Notes under the pieces: generated by a model
Told to the model about the DNA's origin: nothing
Databases searched by the model: none
Seen by the model: the letters and a program-made list of their open reading frames with translations, nothing else
In this document: one piece after another, positions 17,505 to 27,130 of the stretch
Layout: the number at the start of each line of letters is the position of its first letter
How positions within the stretch are numbered: the stretch's first letter is position 1
Assembly: GCA_046497275.1 (NCBI GenBank)
Contig: JAWOFX010000041.1
Location: 8,484-72,483, forward strand
Reading direction: 5' to 3'
Length of the DNA stretch: 64,000 nucleotides
Source of the DNA: Promethearchaeia archaeon
GTDB taxonomy: Archaea; Asgardarchaeota; Lokiarchaeia; Sigyniarchaeales; SOKP01
Made by a program: the position numbers and the translations under genes

Positions 17505-18207
17505 ACGAGAATTTTATTTTTTCTAATTTTTAATTTTTTTATTGTTTTATAGATTTTTCTTTATATTCAGAGCTTTCTGGGTTTATTATTTTGTTCATTT
17601 GTTAGAAATTATGATCTCCATACATATGAAAACACTGCTCTTTCACAGATTTTATACTTTGGTTTTTAATCATTTTCATGATGAAATTTCTTCAGAGTAT
17701 ATATATCCGAAAACTCAGAAACGACATAAAATGAATATAGATTGCATGTTCTAATGAGTCTAAAAGGTAATGATAAAATACTTTCTGATATAAACTCCAC
17801 CATACAGAAGATATTTTTATTCTATTGAGGGTATAAGTTCAACTTAAGTACGTATATTCTGCCTAATACGGAAATAGAGGCTCTTCTACTTACAATTGGA
17901 GTTTTAATCTACATCCTTACTTAATCAGATTTAAGATATTTTCCTTATATTTTCAATTTTAATATTTCATAAAAAATTTGAACACAGTATGATCTTAGCA
18001 TAAAGAATTCCTATAATTTTTTATCGATTAGTTTCATAATTAATCTTATTAAATTAATTATTTTTGTCTATTCTTAAATTCTTATAGCAAATATTAGAAT
18101 GAATAGGATTTTCCGTAGTTCCTCAGCCTTTTTGGTACTCATTTTAGGCGATCATACTTTCTCCAAGCTTCGTAATATTCATAAATTTTCCAATATTACA
18201 TAAAAAT

Positions 18208-18243
18208 AACGTTTAAAATCGATTTAAATAAATATCATTTGAA
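18208..18243 (+). promoter_or_regulatory. Promoter/operator module upstream of the BtuF-like gene (same module as at cbiM)
   Basis: AACGTTTAAAATCGATTTAAATAAATATCATTTGAA matches 31 of 36 positions of 16472..16507. It ends 34 nt before the ATG at 18278. Confidence 0.5.
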
Positions 18244-18277
18244 TTAAAAAATAATTTAATATTAGTGTAAAACGGGA

Positions 18278-19456
18278 ATGGTTAGTAAAAAAATTTTAGT
18301 TAGTGGTATTGTAGTAGCGGCGATAATTTCACTCATTGTAGGTATAGGTATTTATAATAGTTATATCAATCCTGGAGGAGAATCGCGCTCGAGAACTATT
18401 ACGGATGCCTTAGGACGAGAAGTTAAAATTCTCGAGGCAGAGGATATCGATAAAATTGTAGGAATTAATCCTGGTGGTTTGCGTCTTTTAGTCTATATGG
18501 AAGCGGAAGATCTTGTCTGTGGAGTGGAAGATATCGAAAAATCAAGCCAATTATCAATAGGAAGGCCCTATCTTTATGCAAATCCCCACCTAAAGGATCT
18601 CCCCAGTATCGGTCCGCAATTTGGGGGCGATGCAGAACTGATTTTAGGCCAAGAGCCAGATGTCATTTTTATGACCTATGGGACCATTGAGGAGGCAAAT
18701 ACTTTGCAAGAACAAACAGGAATCCCTGTAGTGGCATTAGGGTATGGTGAGATTTTCGGAGACTTACAATTAGATTCATTTTATGATTCTCTGGATCTTC
18801 TCGGAGAAATTCTGGCTAAAAAAAGCCGGGCAGATGAATTAAAAGACTACATAGATAATCTAATTGAAGATTTAGACAATCGAACGATGGATATTGTTGA
18901 GGGCGAAAAAAAATGGATTTATGTTGGCGGAATCGGACACCAAGGCACACACGGCATTGCCTCCACTGATTGTCAATATGAACCTTTGAAATATATTAAT
19001 GGAAATAATGCAGCAAGCCTAATTGAGGGATGCGACGGACATGCGTTTATTGATATCGAAGCTTTATTTCAATGGGAGGATGAGGATGAAAGCAAACTGG
19101 ATTATATTATTGTTGACGGAGGTGGATATGGATTATGTATGCAAGATCTTCAAAATACAACAGTAGATGCAGGTGCTGGGGATTTAGAATGTATAAAAGC
19201 TGAACCTCCACGAGCAATTATGACTCTTCCTTATAATTATTATACCACCAATCTTGGCACAGTACTTGCCGATGCATACTATTTGGGGAAACGATTCCAT
19301 CCAGACAAATTCAGCGATTTCAATTATACAAACGGAAAAGTCTATGACGATATTTATGAGAATTTTGTTGGAGAAGAAGTTTATGATGATATGGTGAGTG
19401 ATTTTTATGGAGGATTCCATAACATTACTCATGATGAAATAGATAATTATACTTAA
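18278..19456 (+). CDS. ABC transporter substrate-binding protein, iron-siderophore/cobalamin (FecB/BtuF) type, with N-terminal membrane anchor
   Basis: N-terminal TM segment ILVSGIVVAAIISLIVGIGI. Type III periplasmic-binding-protein pattern (ITDALGREVKI...PDVIFMTYG). First gene of an SBP-permease-ATPase operon. Confidence 0.7.
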   Translation: MVSKKILVSGIVVAAIISLIVGIGIYNSYINPGGESRSRTITDALGREVKILEAEDIDKIVGINPGGLRLLVYMEAEDLVCGVEDIEKSSQLSIGRPYLYANPHLKDLPSIGPQFGGDAELILGQEPDVIFMTYGTIEEANTLQEQTGIPVVALGYGEIFGDLQLDSFYDSLDLLGEILAKKSRADELKDYIDNLIEDLDNRTMDIVEGEKKWIYVGGIGHQGTHGIASTDCQYEPLKYINGNNAASLIEGCDGHAFIDIEALFQWEDEDESKLDYIIVDGGGYGLCMQDLQNTTVDAGAGDLECIKAEPPRAIMTLPYNYYTTNLGTVLADAYYLGKRFHPDKFSDFNYTNGKVYDDIYENFVGEEVYDDMVSDFYGGFHNITHDEIDNYT

Positions 19457-19468
19457 AAACAGTAAACT

Positions 19469-20566
19469 ATGAAAAATCAATCAATAATAGAAGAAATGGA
19501 CGCAGAAAAAATCCAAAAGGAGTATGAGAAATACAATAAACGTCGGGAATATTTCATTATTCTCAATTTTTTTCTTATTTTAATTTTTATCCTTGTAGGA
19601 ATTACCTTCGGCTCCTTCGAAATTACGTTCTTTGAAGTCCTTGAAGTGCTGTTCGGAGGAGGCGAGCAAGTACATGGAAGAATAATCTGGGGAATTCGCA
19701 TGCCTCGTGTCCTTTCTGCCTTATTGGCAGGGGTTGCATTATCTTTAGCGGGAGTGGCTATGCAAAGTATCTTGAGGAATCCTATCGGCTCTCCTTTTAC
19801 GCTTGGAGTTTCCCAAGCTGCAGTATTCGGTGTAGCTTTTGCTGTTATCGCACTGGGCGCGGGCAGCGTCCAGAGCCTTTCTGGGGATGCTGTTCTGATT
19901 AATAATCCCTATTCAGTCACCCTTTTTGCATTCTTATCCTCCCTTCTGAGCACCGGTGTAGTTTTACTTTTGGTTAAGTTCAAAGGCGCCAAACCTGAGA
20001 CTATGATCCTTACTGGGGTCATTTTAGGCTCCCTATTCAGCGCGATGACGACCGCGTTAATGTATTTTGGTAGCGATGTACAGATTGCCTCAGTGATTTT
20101 TTGGACCTTTGGAGATTTAAGCCGTTCCACATGGAGTAATTTTTTCATATTATGTGCAATTATTCTCCCAGCAGTCTTATATTATATGAAAAACGCATGG
20201 AACTACAACGCTTTAAATTCGGGAGACGAAACGGCTGAAAGCTTAGGTGTTAATACGAATCGTTTAAGGATTCTCGGGATGATAATTGCCTCGCTCACTG
20301 TATCTGTGGTGATTGCCTTTTTTGGTGTGATTGCATTTGTAGGATTAGTAGTTCCCCATATTGTCCGCAGAATTATCGGTAGCGATGAGAGGTATTTAAT
20401 TCCATCCTCGGCCCTATTTGGCGGGGTTTTCTTGCTCTTCGCAGATATCATCGCTCGCACTATTATTTCCCCTATTGTCTTGCCAATTGGGATTCTTACT
20501 TCATTTCTCGGAGCACCGATGTTTTTATATTTACTATTAAAAAAAGAGAGGAGAGGATTTTGGTAA
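19469..20566 (+). CDS. FecCD/BtuC-family ABC permease
   Basis: Typical motifs IWGIRMPRVLSALLAGVALSLAGVAMQ, NPIGSPFTLGVS and LTSFLGAPMFLYLL. Confidence 0.85.
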   Translation: MKNQSIIEEMDAEKIQKEYEKYNKRREYFIILNFFLILIFILVGITFGSFEITFFEVLEVLFGGGEQVHGRIIWGIRMPRVLSALLAGVALSLAGVAMQSILRNPIGSPFTLGVSQAAVFGVAFAVIALGAGSVQSLSGDAVLINNPYSVTLFAFLSSLLSTGVVLLLVKFKGAKPETMILTGVILGSLFSAMTTALMYFGSDVQIASVIFWTFGDLSRSTWSNFFILCAIILPAVLYYMKNAWNYNALNSGDETAESLGVNTNRLRILGMIIASLTVSVVIAFFGVIAFVGLVVPHIVRRIIGSDERYLIPSSALFGGVFLLFADIIARTIISPIVLPIGILTSFLGAPMFLYLLLKKERRGFW

Positions 20567-21387
20567 TAATAGATGTTCAAAATTTAACTTTTGCCTATAA
20601 TAAAAAACCTGTATTACATGATATAAGTTTTAGTTTGGAAAAAGGAGAGTTTCTGGGAGTCATAGGACCGAATGGCTCGGGAAAAAGCACCTTGCTTAGA
20701 AACCTAGATGGTATACTTAGCCCTAAGAATGGGGCAATCTACATTGAAGGTTGCGATCAAAATGACATGAGCCGACTAGATATCGCCAAAATAATTGGTT
20801 ATATTCCCCAAAAGGAGGGTGATATGTTTCCTATAACTGTCTTTGAGACTGTACTTTTGGGAAGGACACCACATATTAAATGGATGGAAACGAAGGAAGA
20901 TAAAACTATTGTAGCCCGTATGCTCGAGAAATTAGGTTTAGGTAAGTTTGCCATGCGCGATATTAATCAACTAAGTGGAGGAGAGCGACAGAAAGTATAT
21001 ATTGCTCGCGCCTTGGTACAACAACCAAAATTATTGCTTTTAGATGAGCCTACCGCCAATCTAGATTTAAAGCATCAAATTGAAGTATTAGATTTATTGC
21101 TGGAAACCAAAAAGAAAGGAGTTGCCATTATTATTGCTATTCATGACCTTAACCTCGCCCTACGGTACTGTGATAAATTCGTAATCCTCCATCAAGGTCA
21201 AGTTTTTGTTCGCGGCGGGGAAGAGATTATAAATAAAAAAAATATTGAGACGGTCTATGGGGTAAAGGTGGAAGTTCTTGAAAAGGCAGGACAAAAATAT
21301 GTGATCCCCTTTGAACCTTTAGATAAAAAAGATCAAAAATCGGATTCAAACATTCCATTAGAAGAACAAATTATTTCAAAAATATAA
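20560..21387 (+). CDS. ABC transporter ATPase (FepC/BtuD type)
   Basis: Walker A GPNGSGKST, signature LSGGERQKV, Walker B LLLLDEPT, H-loop AIHDL. Confidence 0.85.
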   Translation: MVIIDVQNLTFAYNKKPVLHDISFSLEKGEFLGVIGPNGSGKSTLLRNLDGILSPKNGAIYIEGCDQNDMSRLDIAKIIGYIPQKEGDMFPITVFETVLLGRTPHIKWMETKEDKTIVARMLEKLGLGKFAMRDINQLSGGERQKVYIARALVQQPKLLLLDEPTANLDLKHQIEVLDLLLETKKKGVAIIIAIHDLNLALRYCDKFVILHQGQVFVRGGEEIINKKNIETVYGVKVEVLEKAGQKYVIPFEPLDKKDQKSDSNIPLEEQIISKI

Positions 21388-21396
21388 TAAAGTAAT

Positions 21397-21996
21397 ATGA
21401 GTATGGACAAATTTTCTATTAGGCCAATTGGCATTGTAAAGAATGATAAAGATGCAGAAATGCTTAAATATGCAAATGAAGATATCGAATTAGATCCAAA
21501 TAGATTGCGAAAGCAAGGGCATGCATTGGGAACCTCTGAAATTATTGTTTATGATGATTATGTAGAATGTCTAGATGGAATCGAAGACTTTTCCCATTTA
21601 ATGGTGCTCTATTGGACTCATAAAACGCCCGAGGAGGCACGGAATATTAAGAAAGTTCACCCTGCAGGCTTGCAGTCTATGCCCGTAAAGGGAATCTTTG
21701 CTACCCGTTCTCCTGTTAGACCAAATCCCCTTGCTCTTATCTCCGTGAAGTTGATCAAACGAGAACATAATCGTCTAATCGTTGAGGGTTTGGATGCGAT
21801 AAATCGATCGCCAGTAATCGATATAAAACCCCACCTGCCATCGTATGATTCCCCATTGGATGTAAAATTAGCAGATTGGATGTATTCACTAATGGATGAG
21901 TTTAGGAAGTTGAATCAAGATGATTCTGATGACTCTCAACACATTGATATGCGCGCTCATCCTTGTATCAGCTTCGAACAAAAAACTTTAAAATAA
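21397..21996 (+). CDS. TsaA/TrmO-like (YaeB family) SAM-dependent methyltransferase
   Basis: IRPIGIVKN..., HLMVLYWTH, GIFATRSPVRPNPLALISVKLI and SPVIDIKP match the TsaA-like domain. Confidence 0.7.
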   Translation: MSMDKFSIRPIGIVKNDKDAEMLKYANEDIELDPNRLRKQGHALGTSEIIVYDDYVECLDGIEDFSHLMVLYWTHKTPEEARNIKKVHPAGLQSMPVKGIFATRSPVRPNPLALISVKLIKREHNRLIVEGLDAINRSPVIDIKPHLPSYDSPLDVKLADWMYSLMDEFRKLNQDDSDDSQHIDMRAHPCISFEQKTLK

Positions 21997-22034
21997 TTTT
22001 TTTGAATAATCGAATTTTCATCATTATTCGTTAT

Positions 22035-22475
22035 CTAAATCTTATTTTTTGCAATTTTTTCAATTGGGATTGCCATTAAAGAGACTAAAGCTTTAGAAAT
22101 TAGGATTTGTTCGTTATGGGAACTAATATAAATATTTGATTCTGAAATTATCAATTTTTTACCAGAATGAATCACTTCGGATTCGCATAATAATTTATCA
22201 CCAATTGCTGGTTTGAAGAAATTGATTTTGAATTCAATTGTTAGAATGCAGATATTTTCAGAAACAAGAGTATATGCTGAATAACCCGCTGTATGATCAG
22301 CCATAGTAGCTATTACTCCCGCGTGGACAAATCCATCTTGCTGTTTATGATCCTGACGTATTTCAAGCGAAGAATGAAAAATTCCAGCATCTATATATTC
22401 AGCTTTGCATCCTAAATATGAAATAAACCCTTGAGAAAAATCTTTTTTTAAAAAATCAATTCTTTCTCGATTCAT
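22035..22475 (-). CDS. PaaI-family hotdog-fold thioesterase
   Basis: GFVHAGVIATMADHTAGY motif. Size 146 aa. Confidence 0.65.
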   Translation of the reverse strand: MNRERIDFLKKDFSQGFISYLGCKAEYIDAGIFHSSLEIRQDHKQQDGFVHAGVIATMADHTAGYSAYTLVSENICILTIEFKINFFKPAIGDKLLCESEVIHSGKKLIISESNIYISSHNEQILISKALVSLMAIPIEKIAKNKI

Positions 22476-22568
22476 ATTAAAATAAAGGAAAATACTGAAA
22501 AATATCTTATGAACAAAATTAAAACAATTTTAATTAAAATAACAATTAAAAAAAAGAAGTAATAGCAA

Positions 22569-24107
22569 TTAAGTTGCTCTTACGAATCTATTAAAGAGTT
22601 TTATACCCACTAGAAAGATTACGACGGAGTAAAGTAATAATAACCCCCAATTTAACAATACTTCAGGATGTAATATGGAGTTTCCATTAAGGAGTATATT
22701 TTGTAAGGCCACAACAGCAAATCGCGTGGGCAAGACAGACGCAACAACTTGCATTGATTCTCCGAACAATTCTATCGGTACAAATATTCCAGAAACCATA
22801 GCAAGCGGGATAATAATTATCCAAACACCTCCTCCTGCGGTGTCAGGGTCTTTGAAAACCGGTGCTAAGGCGAATGATAATGCGAGTAGGAAGAAGGAAA
22901 ATAAAAACATAGTAATTCCTATTCCAATGATTAAATCAATAAATGTAACGAAATTGGGATTCCATCCAAAGATAGATAATATCCCTGCCCCAATCGCAAA
23001 TTGCATAAAGATCAATAGAATACTTGAAAAAATATTCGAAAGAATTATTTCCCAATTTTTCACTTGAGTACTAGAAAGTCTCTTGAATATCCCGTCCTTC
23101 TTCTCCCCGGTTAATACCACTAATACAAAAGATAAGATCGACATAGGACCGTATAATAAATATCCAGGAGCTGCATATGTAATTTGGTTTATTACTTTTC
23201 CTTTAAATGGTTCCTCATCTAAAATTATGTCAATATCAGTGGGATTATAGTTAATGATTTCTTTGATAAGCTGATTTATAGTATTAGTTAGCGCACCTTT
23301 TATAGCAGGTGATACATCTCCTCTGAAATAAATATCAAATTCTAAAGTACCAAAAGGTTCTGCTCCTGGAATGGATTCACTATAAAGACTTATAAGGTAG
23401 GCTTTCGTTTGATAAGTTGCGCTTATTGATCCATTAAGATAAGATAAAGCGTATTGTAATTTAGCATCGGTTTCTTGTTGAGTGGCACTGTTTCTATAAT
23501 AATAGGTCATATTAACATTTTTCTCGTTATCCAATCCCTTCAAAAATCCATTATTAATAATTAACATTGAATCATAGTTGTATTGACTAAAATTTAGTAA
23601 AACTTGATCGCCATTATTAGAGACATTCGTGATTTGGAATTCTTCAGAGAAGTAACTTTGCAGATTATAATAAAATGCCGTTATAGAATAATTAGGGGAA
23701 GTGGTTGAATCATTATTATAGAATGCCAAATTAATTTTGGAACGATTTTGCAGATTCTCTTCAAATCCTTCAGGAAACACGACATAAGATATAATGTCAC
23801 CAGATTCTGCTGCTTCAAAAGCCAAATCTAAGGTAGAATATTTTTGTAGGTTTATAACTGAAACATTATTATCAAGAATGTCGTATATAGTGTCTAATTG
23901 ATAATTTTCTCGTGTCGCATTGGTAGAGTCCAAATCAACCCAACCAATATTATAGGTTGTGGTGCCATCTCCTGTACCCACGGCTCCAAAAATTAAACCA
24001 AGTATTAAATAATAAAGAACAGGAATGGTCACTAAAAATCCTATTGTTTTAGGGTTTTTGATAAATCTTAACAAATTTTTTTTAGTTAAAACGAATAATC
24101 TTGACAT
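22569..24107 (-). CDS. ABC-2 type transporter permease with a large extracytoplasmic loop
   Basis: N-terminal TM segment, then a soluble loop of about 270 aa, then 5 C-terminal TM segments. Downstream of, and co-oriented with, the ABC ATPase. Confidence 0.6.
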   Translation of the reverse strand: MSRLFVLTKKNLLRFIKNPKTIGFLVTIPVLYYLILGLIFGAVGTGDGTTTYNIGWVDLDSTNATRENYQLDTIYDILDNNVSVINLQKYSTLDLAFEAAESGDIISYVVFPEGFEENLQNRSKINLAFYNNDSTTSPNYSITAFYYNLQSYFSEEFQITNVSNNGDQVLLNFSQYNYDSMLIINNGFLKGLDNEKNVNMTYYYRNSATQQETDAKLQYALSYLNGSISATYQTKAYLISLYSESIPGAEPFGTLEFDIYFRGDVSPAIKGALTNTINQLIKEIINYNPTDIDIILDEEPFKGKVINQITYAAPGYLLYGPMSILSFVLVVLTGEKKDGIFKRLSSTQVKNWEIILSNIFSSILLIFMQFAIGAGILSIFGWNPNFVTFIDLIIGIGITMFLFSFFLLALSFALAPVFKDPDTAGGGVWIIIIPLAMVSGIFVPIELFGESMQVVASVLPTRFAVVALQNILLNGNSILHPEVLLNWGLLLLYSVVIFLVGIKLFNRFVRAT

Positions 24108-24117
24108 TTTAGATCAC

Positions 24118-25101
24118 TTATTCCCGCAAAGACCTCCCAGTTAATGATAAAAATACATTTTCCAGAGAATTACCTAATACACCTACGTCAACAATTTGTA
24201 AACTATTTTTATTAAATTGTTTTACAAAATTCCCAATCCTACCTATTCCATCCATAGCTGTGATGCGAACTGATAGGTCATCCTCTGAATAATTGGCATC
24301 CAAAACATACTCAAAATTTCTAATATTATCAATCGTCTGTTTAATTTTTTGAGTGGGGCCGTCTATTTTAAACGTAAGAACATCTCCTTTCCCAATTGTG
24401 TCTTTTAAATGTTCGGGTGTTCCTTCTGCAATAATTTTTCCATGATCAATAATCGCAAGTCTATCAGAAAGTATATCAGCCTCCTCCATGTAATGTGTGG
24501 TGAGAAAGATTGATTTGTTTCTCTCTTTTAATTCAAAAATATAATCCCAAATGAGCCTTCTGCTTTGTGGGTCTAGACCAGCTGTGGGTTCATCGAGAAA
24601 AAGGATATCTGGATCATGAACTAGTGATATTATAAGATTTAATCTCCTTTTCATTCCACCTGAAAGTTTTTCAGATCTAGTCTTTATTTTATCTTCTAGT
24701 CCAACTTTTTGTATGAGATTATTAGCTCTCTGGGAAAGAACACTTTTATCAACTTCATACATTTTCCCGAAAAACATCAAATTTTCATAAACGTTGAGCT
24801 CCTCATAGAAGATATTCTCTTGAGGACACATGCCTATATGTTTCTTAACAGATTCAGTTTCCTGAACCACATCATATCCAGCAACTTTCGCTTCTCCGTT
24901 TGTAGGTTTCATATAACATGCAAGAACATTAATGGTGGTAGTTTTTCCTGCGCCATTAGGTCCTAAAAATCCAAAGCATTCACCTCGCTTAACTTTAAAA
25001 GAGATGCCATCAACAGCTTTCACATCATCAAAGTATTTTTGTAAGTTGTTCACTTCAAACGCAATTTCATTTTTTTCTGATTTAATATCTGTTAGAGTCA
25101 T
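24118..25101 (-). CDS. ABC transporter ATP-binding protein (DrrA/ABC-2 partner type)
   Basis: Walker A GPNGAGKTT, signature LSGGMKRRL, Walker B ILFLDEPT, and a C-terminal accessory domain. Confidence 0.85.
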   Translation of the reverse strand: MTLTDIKSEKNEIAFEVNNLQKYFDDVKAVDGISFKVKRGECFGFLGPNGAGKTTTINVLACYMKPTNGEAKVAGYDVVQETESVKKHIGMCPQENIFYEELNVYENLMFFGKMYEVDKSVLSQRANNLIQKVGLEDKIKTRSEKLSGGMKRRLNLIISLVHDPDILFLDEPTAGLDPQSRRLIWDYIFELKERNKSIFLTTHYMEEADILSDRLAIIDHGKIIAEGTPEHLKDTIGKGDVLTFKIDGPTQKIKQTIDNIRNFEYVLDANYSEDDLSVRITAMDGIGRIGNFVKQFNKNSLQIVDVGVLGNSLENVFLSLTGRSLRE

Positions 25102-25330
25102 TTTTTCGATTTTTTTTTAGGTAATTTTAAAAATTTGTTTTTCAATTTGTTTAAAAATTTTCTATATAGATCCTTTATTTAGCGTTTTAAAAAATAAATC
25201 ATAGACCAATTTTTTTCAACTTTTAATTTTGTATCGATAGGTTCTGAAAGATTCCAAATTAAAAGTTTTTTTAAATCTAATTAATTTACTAATATAGAGA
25301 TCTAGATTTTTTGGAAAAAGAGAGATTGGT

Positions 25331-25945
25331 TTGAAAGATTATAAAATTATTTTTTTAATTAAATCCGATACAGTTAATCTGAATAATTATACAATTAAGG
25401 ATATTCCAGGCTCTTCGGGGAGACTAGATGTGATCGCTCGTTGTATTCTCTCCGCTTTATTGAACGAAAAAGGATTTGATATAAACTATAAGATTTGGAT
25501 TTTTTTTAAGAGATATGGGGCTTTAAAATTTGATCCACTTGATTTGAATTATGAAGATTTTCCTAAAAATGAATTATTATTGTCCGAATATATAGTAAAA
25601 TTATTAAAAACTACAGATACTGCTGCTGTGATTAAAGAATATAATCCACTTAGTCCAATCTTAGTAGAAAATATTTCATTAATAGAATTTTTAAAGCAAC
25701 GAAAAAAAGAAAACAGAAATAACATATTTGTTTTAAGGGAATCAGGTAGAAAATTTCTTGATGTTTTTTCGCCCCAATCACTTAAGAAAGAGGTATATAT
25801 TATCATCGGTAGCCAAACTGAAGATTTTATCAATTCAGAAGCGTTTTTAAATCTAAATTTTCCCGAAGTAAGTTTGGGAGTCAAATCTTATCTTGCATCA
25901 CAAGTTATCAGATTAATAAAATTAAACATAAATCATTTTCTATAA
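25331..25945 (+). CDS. trmY: tRNA (pseudouridine54-N1)-methyltransferase TrmY (SPOUT, DUF358)
   Basis: DIPGSSGRLDVIARCI matches the TrmY signature DLPGSxGRLDxxxRC. TTG start. Confidence 0.55.
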   Translation: MKDYKIIFLIKSDTVNLNNYTIKDIPGSSGRLDVIARCILSALLNEKGFDINYKIWIFFKRYGALKFDPLDLNYEDFPKNELLLSEYIVKLLKTTDTAAVIKEYNPLSPILVENISLIEFLKQRKKENRNNIFVLRESGRKFLDVFSPQSLKKEVYIIIGSQTEDFINSEAFLNLNFPEVSLGVKSYLASQVIRLIKLNINHFL

Positions 25946-25970
25946 TTATATTATATATTTTTGATTATTT

Positions 25971-26651
25971 GTGATAAATTTGAATGAAGTTAATAAGCCC
26001 CCAGAAAAAAGGATAAAGCAGCGAAATTTTGTGGATAAAATAATCGAAAGACCAGTGGAAATGTTAATATCCCTAAATATCTCGCCTAATATGCTTTCTC
26101 TAATAGGATTTTTATTAATTTTAACAGCAAGTATCTTAATATTTTTTGGATTCATTCACAAAAATCTTCTTCTGGCATGGATTCCTCCGTTTTTAGTCTT
26201 TATGGCGGGTGCCTTCGATATGTTCGATGGAGAGGTAGCTCGTCGTACTAATCAGGATGGTTCTGAAGGTGCTTTTTTAGACTCGAATGTTGATAGAATA
26301 TCTGATGCTCTGATCATATTAGGCTTAATTTATAGTAATTTAATAGGATATATCTCAGGATTAGTTATTTTGTTTTTAAGTTTGATGATTTCATATACAC
26401 GTTCTCGCGCCGAAGCTCTTAGCGTCAATATGAAAGGAATAGGTTTAATGGAACGGGCTGAAAGATTGATACTCATTATAATTGGATTAACTATTGAAGT
26501 ATGGATTTATAGAATATCTATTTGGATTTTAGGATCTCCAATTACAATCTTTCAATTCTTTTTTATCCCAATATATATACTGCTTCTTGCTTTTACCGTT
26601 GGGCAAAGATTGTATTATACCTATAAAGTCTTAAATAATAAGAATGAATAG
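25971..26651 (+). CDS. CDP-alcohol phosphatidyltransferase family protein
   Basis: Motif DMFDGEVARRTNQDGSEGAFLDSNVDRISD (D-G-x2-A-R...G-x3-D-x3-D). Multi-TM. GTG start. Confidence 0.8.
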   Translation: MINLNEVNKPPEKRIKQRNFVDKIIERPVEMLISLNISPNMLSLIGFLLILTASILIFFGFIHKNLLLAWIPPFLVFMAGAFDMFDGEVARRTNQDGSEGAFLDSNVDRISDALIILGLIYSNLIGYISGLVILFLSLMISYTRSRAEALSVNMKGIGLMERAERLILIIIGLTIEVWIYRISIWILGSPITIFQFFFIPIYILLLAFTVGQRLYYTYKVLNNKNE

Positions 26652-26814
26652 ATTTAGATTCTTTATTTAATTTTTTTTTAAAATTGAAAAGCTCTTTACT
26701 GATTAGCAACTAACCAAAATTTTTCAAGAAAAACAAGAAAAGATATAATTAGGTAAATATTTCTAGTATTAAAGATAATTTTAAGCTTTAATTCTAATAA
26801 AAGAGGTGAATTAA

Positions 26815-27084
26815 ATGGCTCGGAAGAGAAAAAGTGGTGGAAAGACAGGTTCCAGCAAGGGTAGATACAAGCGAGTTCAATGCTCAAAATGTGGGCGGTC
26901 CGTTCCGCGAAGTAAAGCAAAAGTCGTATCTCAGAGAACAAGACTCGTTGATTCCAGAATGCATAAGGAGCTGAAAAAGGAAGGAACCATATTCTTAGGC
27001 GGATCCCATCGAAAATATTTATGTATCAGCTGTGCTGTACATAGTGGTGTTGTATCCCAACGCGCAGAAGAAGAACGAAAATAA
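26815..27084 (+). CDS. rps26e: Ribosomal protein eS26
   Basis: MARKRKSGGKTGSSKGRYKRVQCSKCGRSVPRSKA...YLCISCAVH matches the eS26 zinc-ribbon pattern. GAGGTGA lies 7 nt upstream of the ATG. Confidence 0.75.
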   Translation: MARKRKSGGKTGSSKGRYKRVQCSKCGRSVPRSKAKVVSQRTRLVDSRMHKELKKEGTIFLGGSHRKYLCISCAVHSGVVSQRAEEERK

Positions 27085-27130
27085 TTCTACTTCTTTTTTC
27101 ATTTATTAAATGCAAATCAAAAATTTTGGT

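Noticed and set aside
17542-17754. 70-aa ORF in the spacer after the cbiM-PDGLE operon
   Set aside because: It has an implausible F/Y/H-rich composition and no start context or motif. It is probably chance in a non-coding region. The 770-bp spacer (17505..18277) itself remains unexplained.
22675-23067. 130-aa ORF antisense to the ABC-2 permease. Similar antisense ORFs occur at 24709-25120, 52794-53228, 53717-54361, 19477-20580, 13389-13607, 14050-14337, 25549-25884, 32238-32456, 33817-34041, 42708-43240, 45620-45814, 47974-48168, 49067-49300, 50304-50582, 60935-61144 and 62026-62220.
   Set aside because: Each is nested inside, and antisense to, a gene with clear family motifs. Their translations are low-complexity or hydrophobic mirror products. 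I treat them as non-coding.
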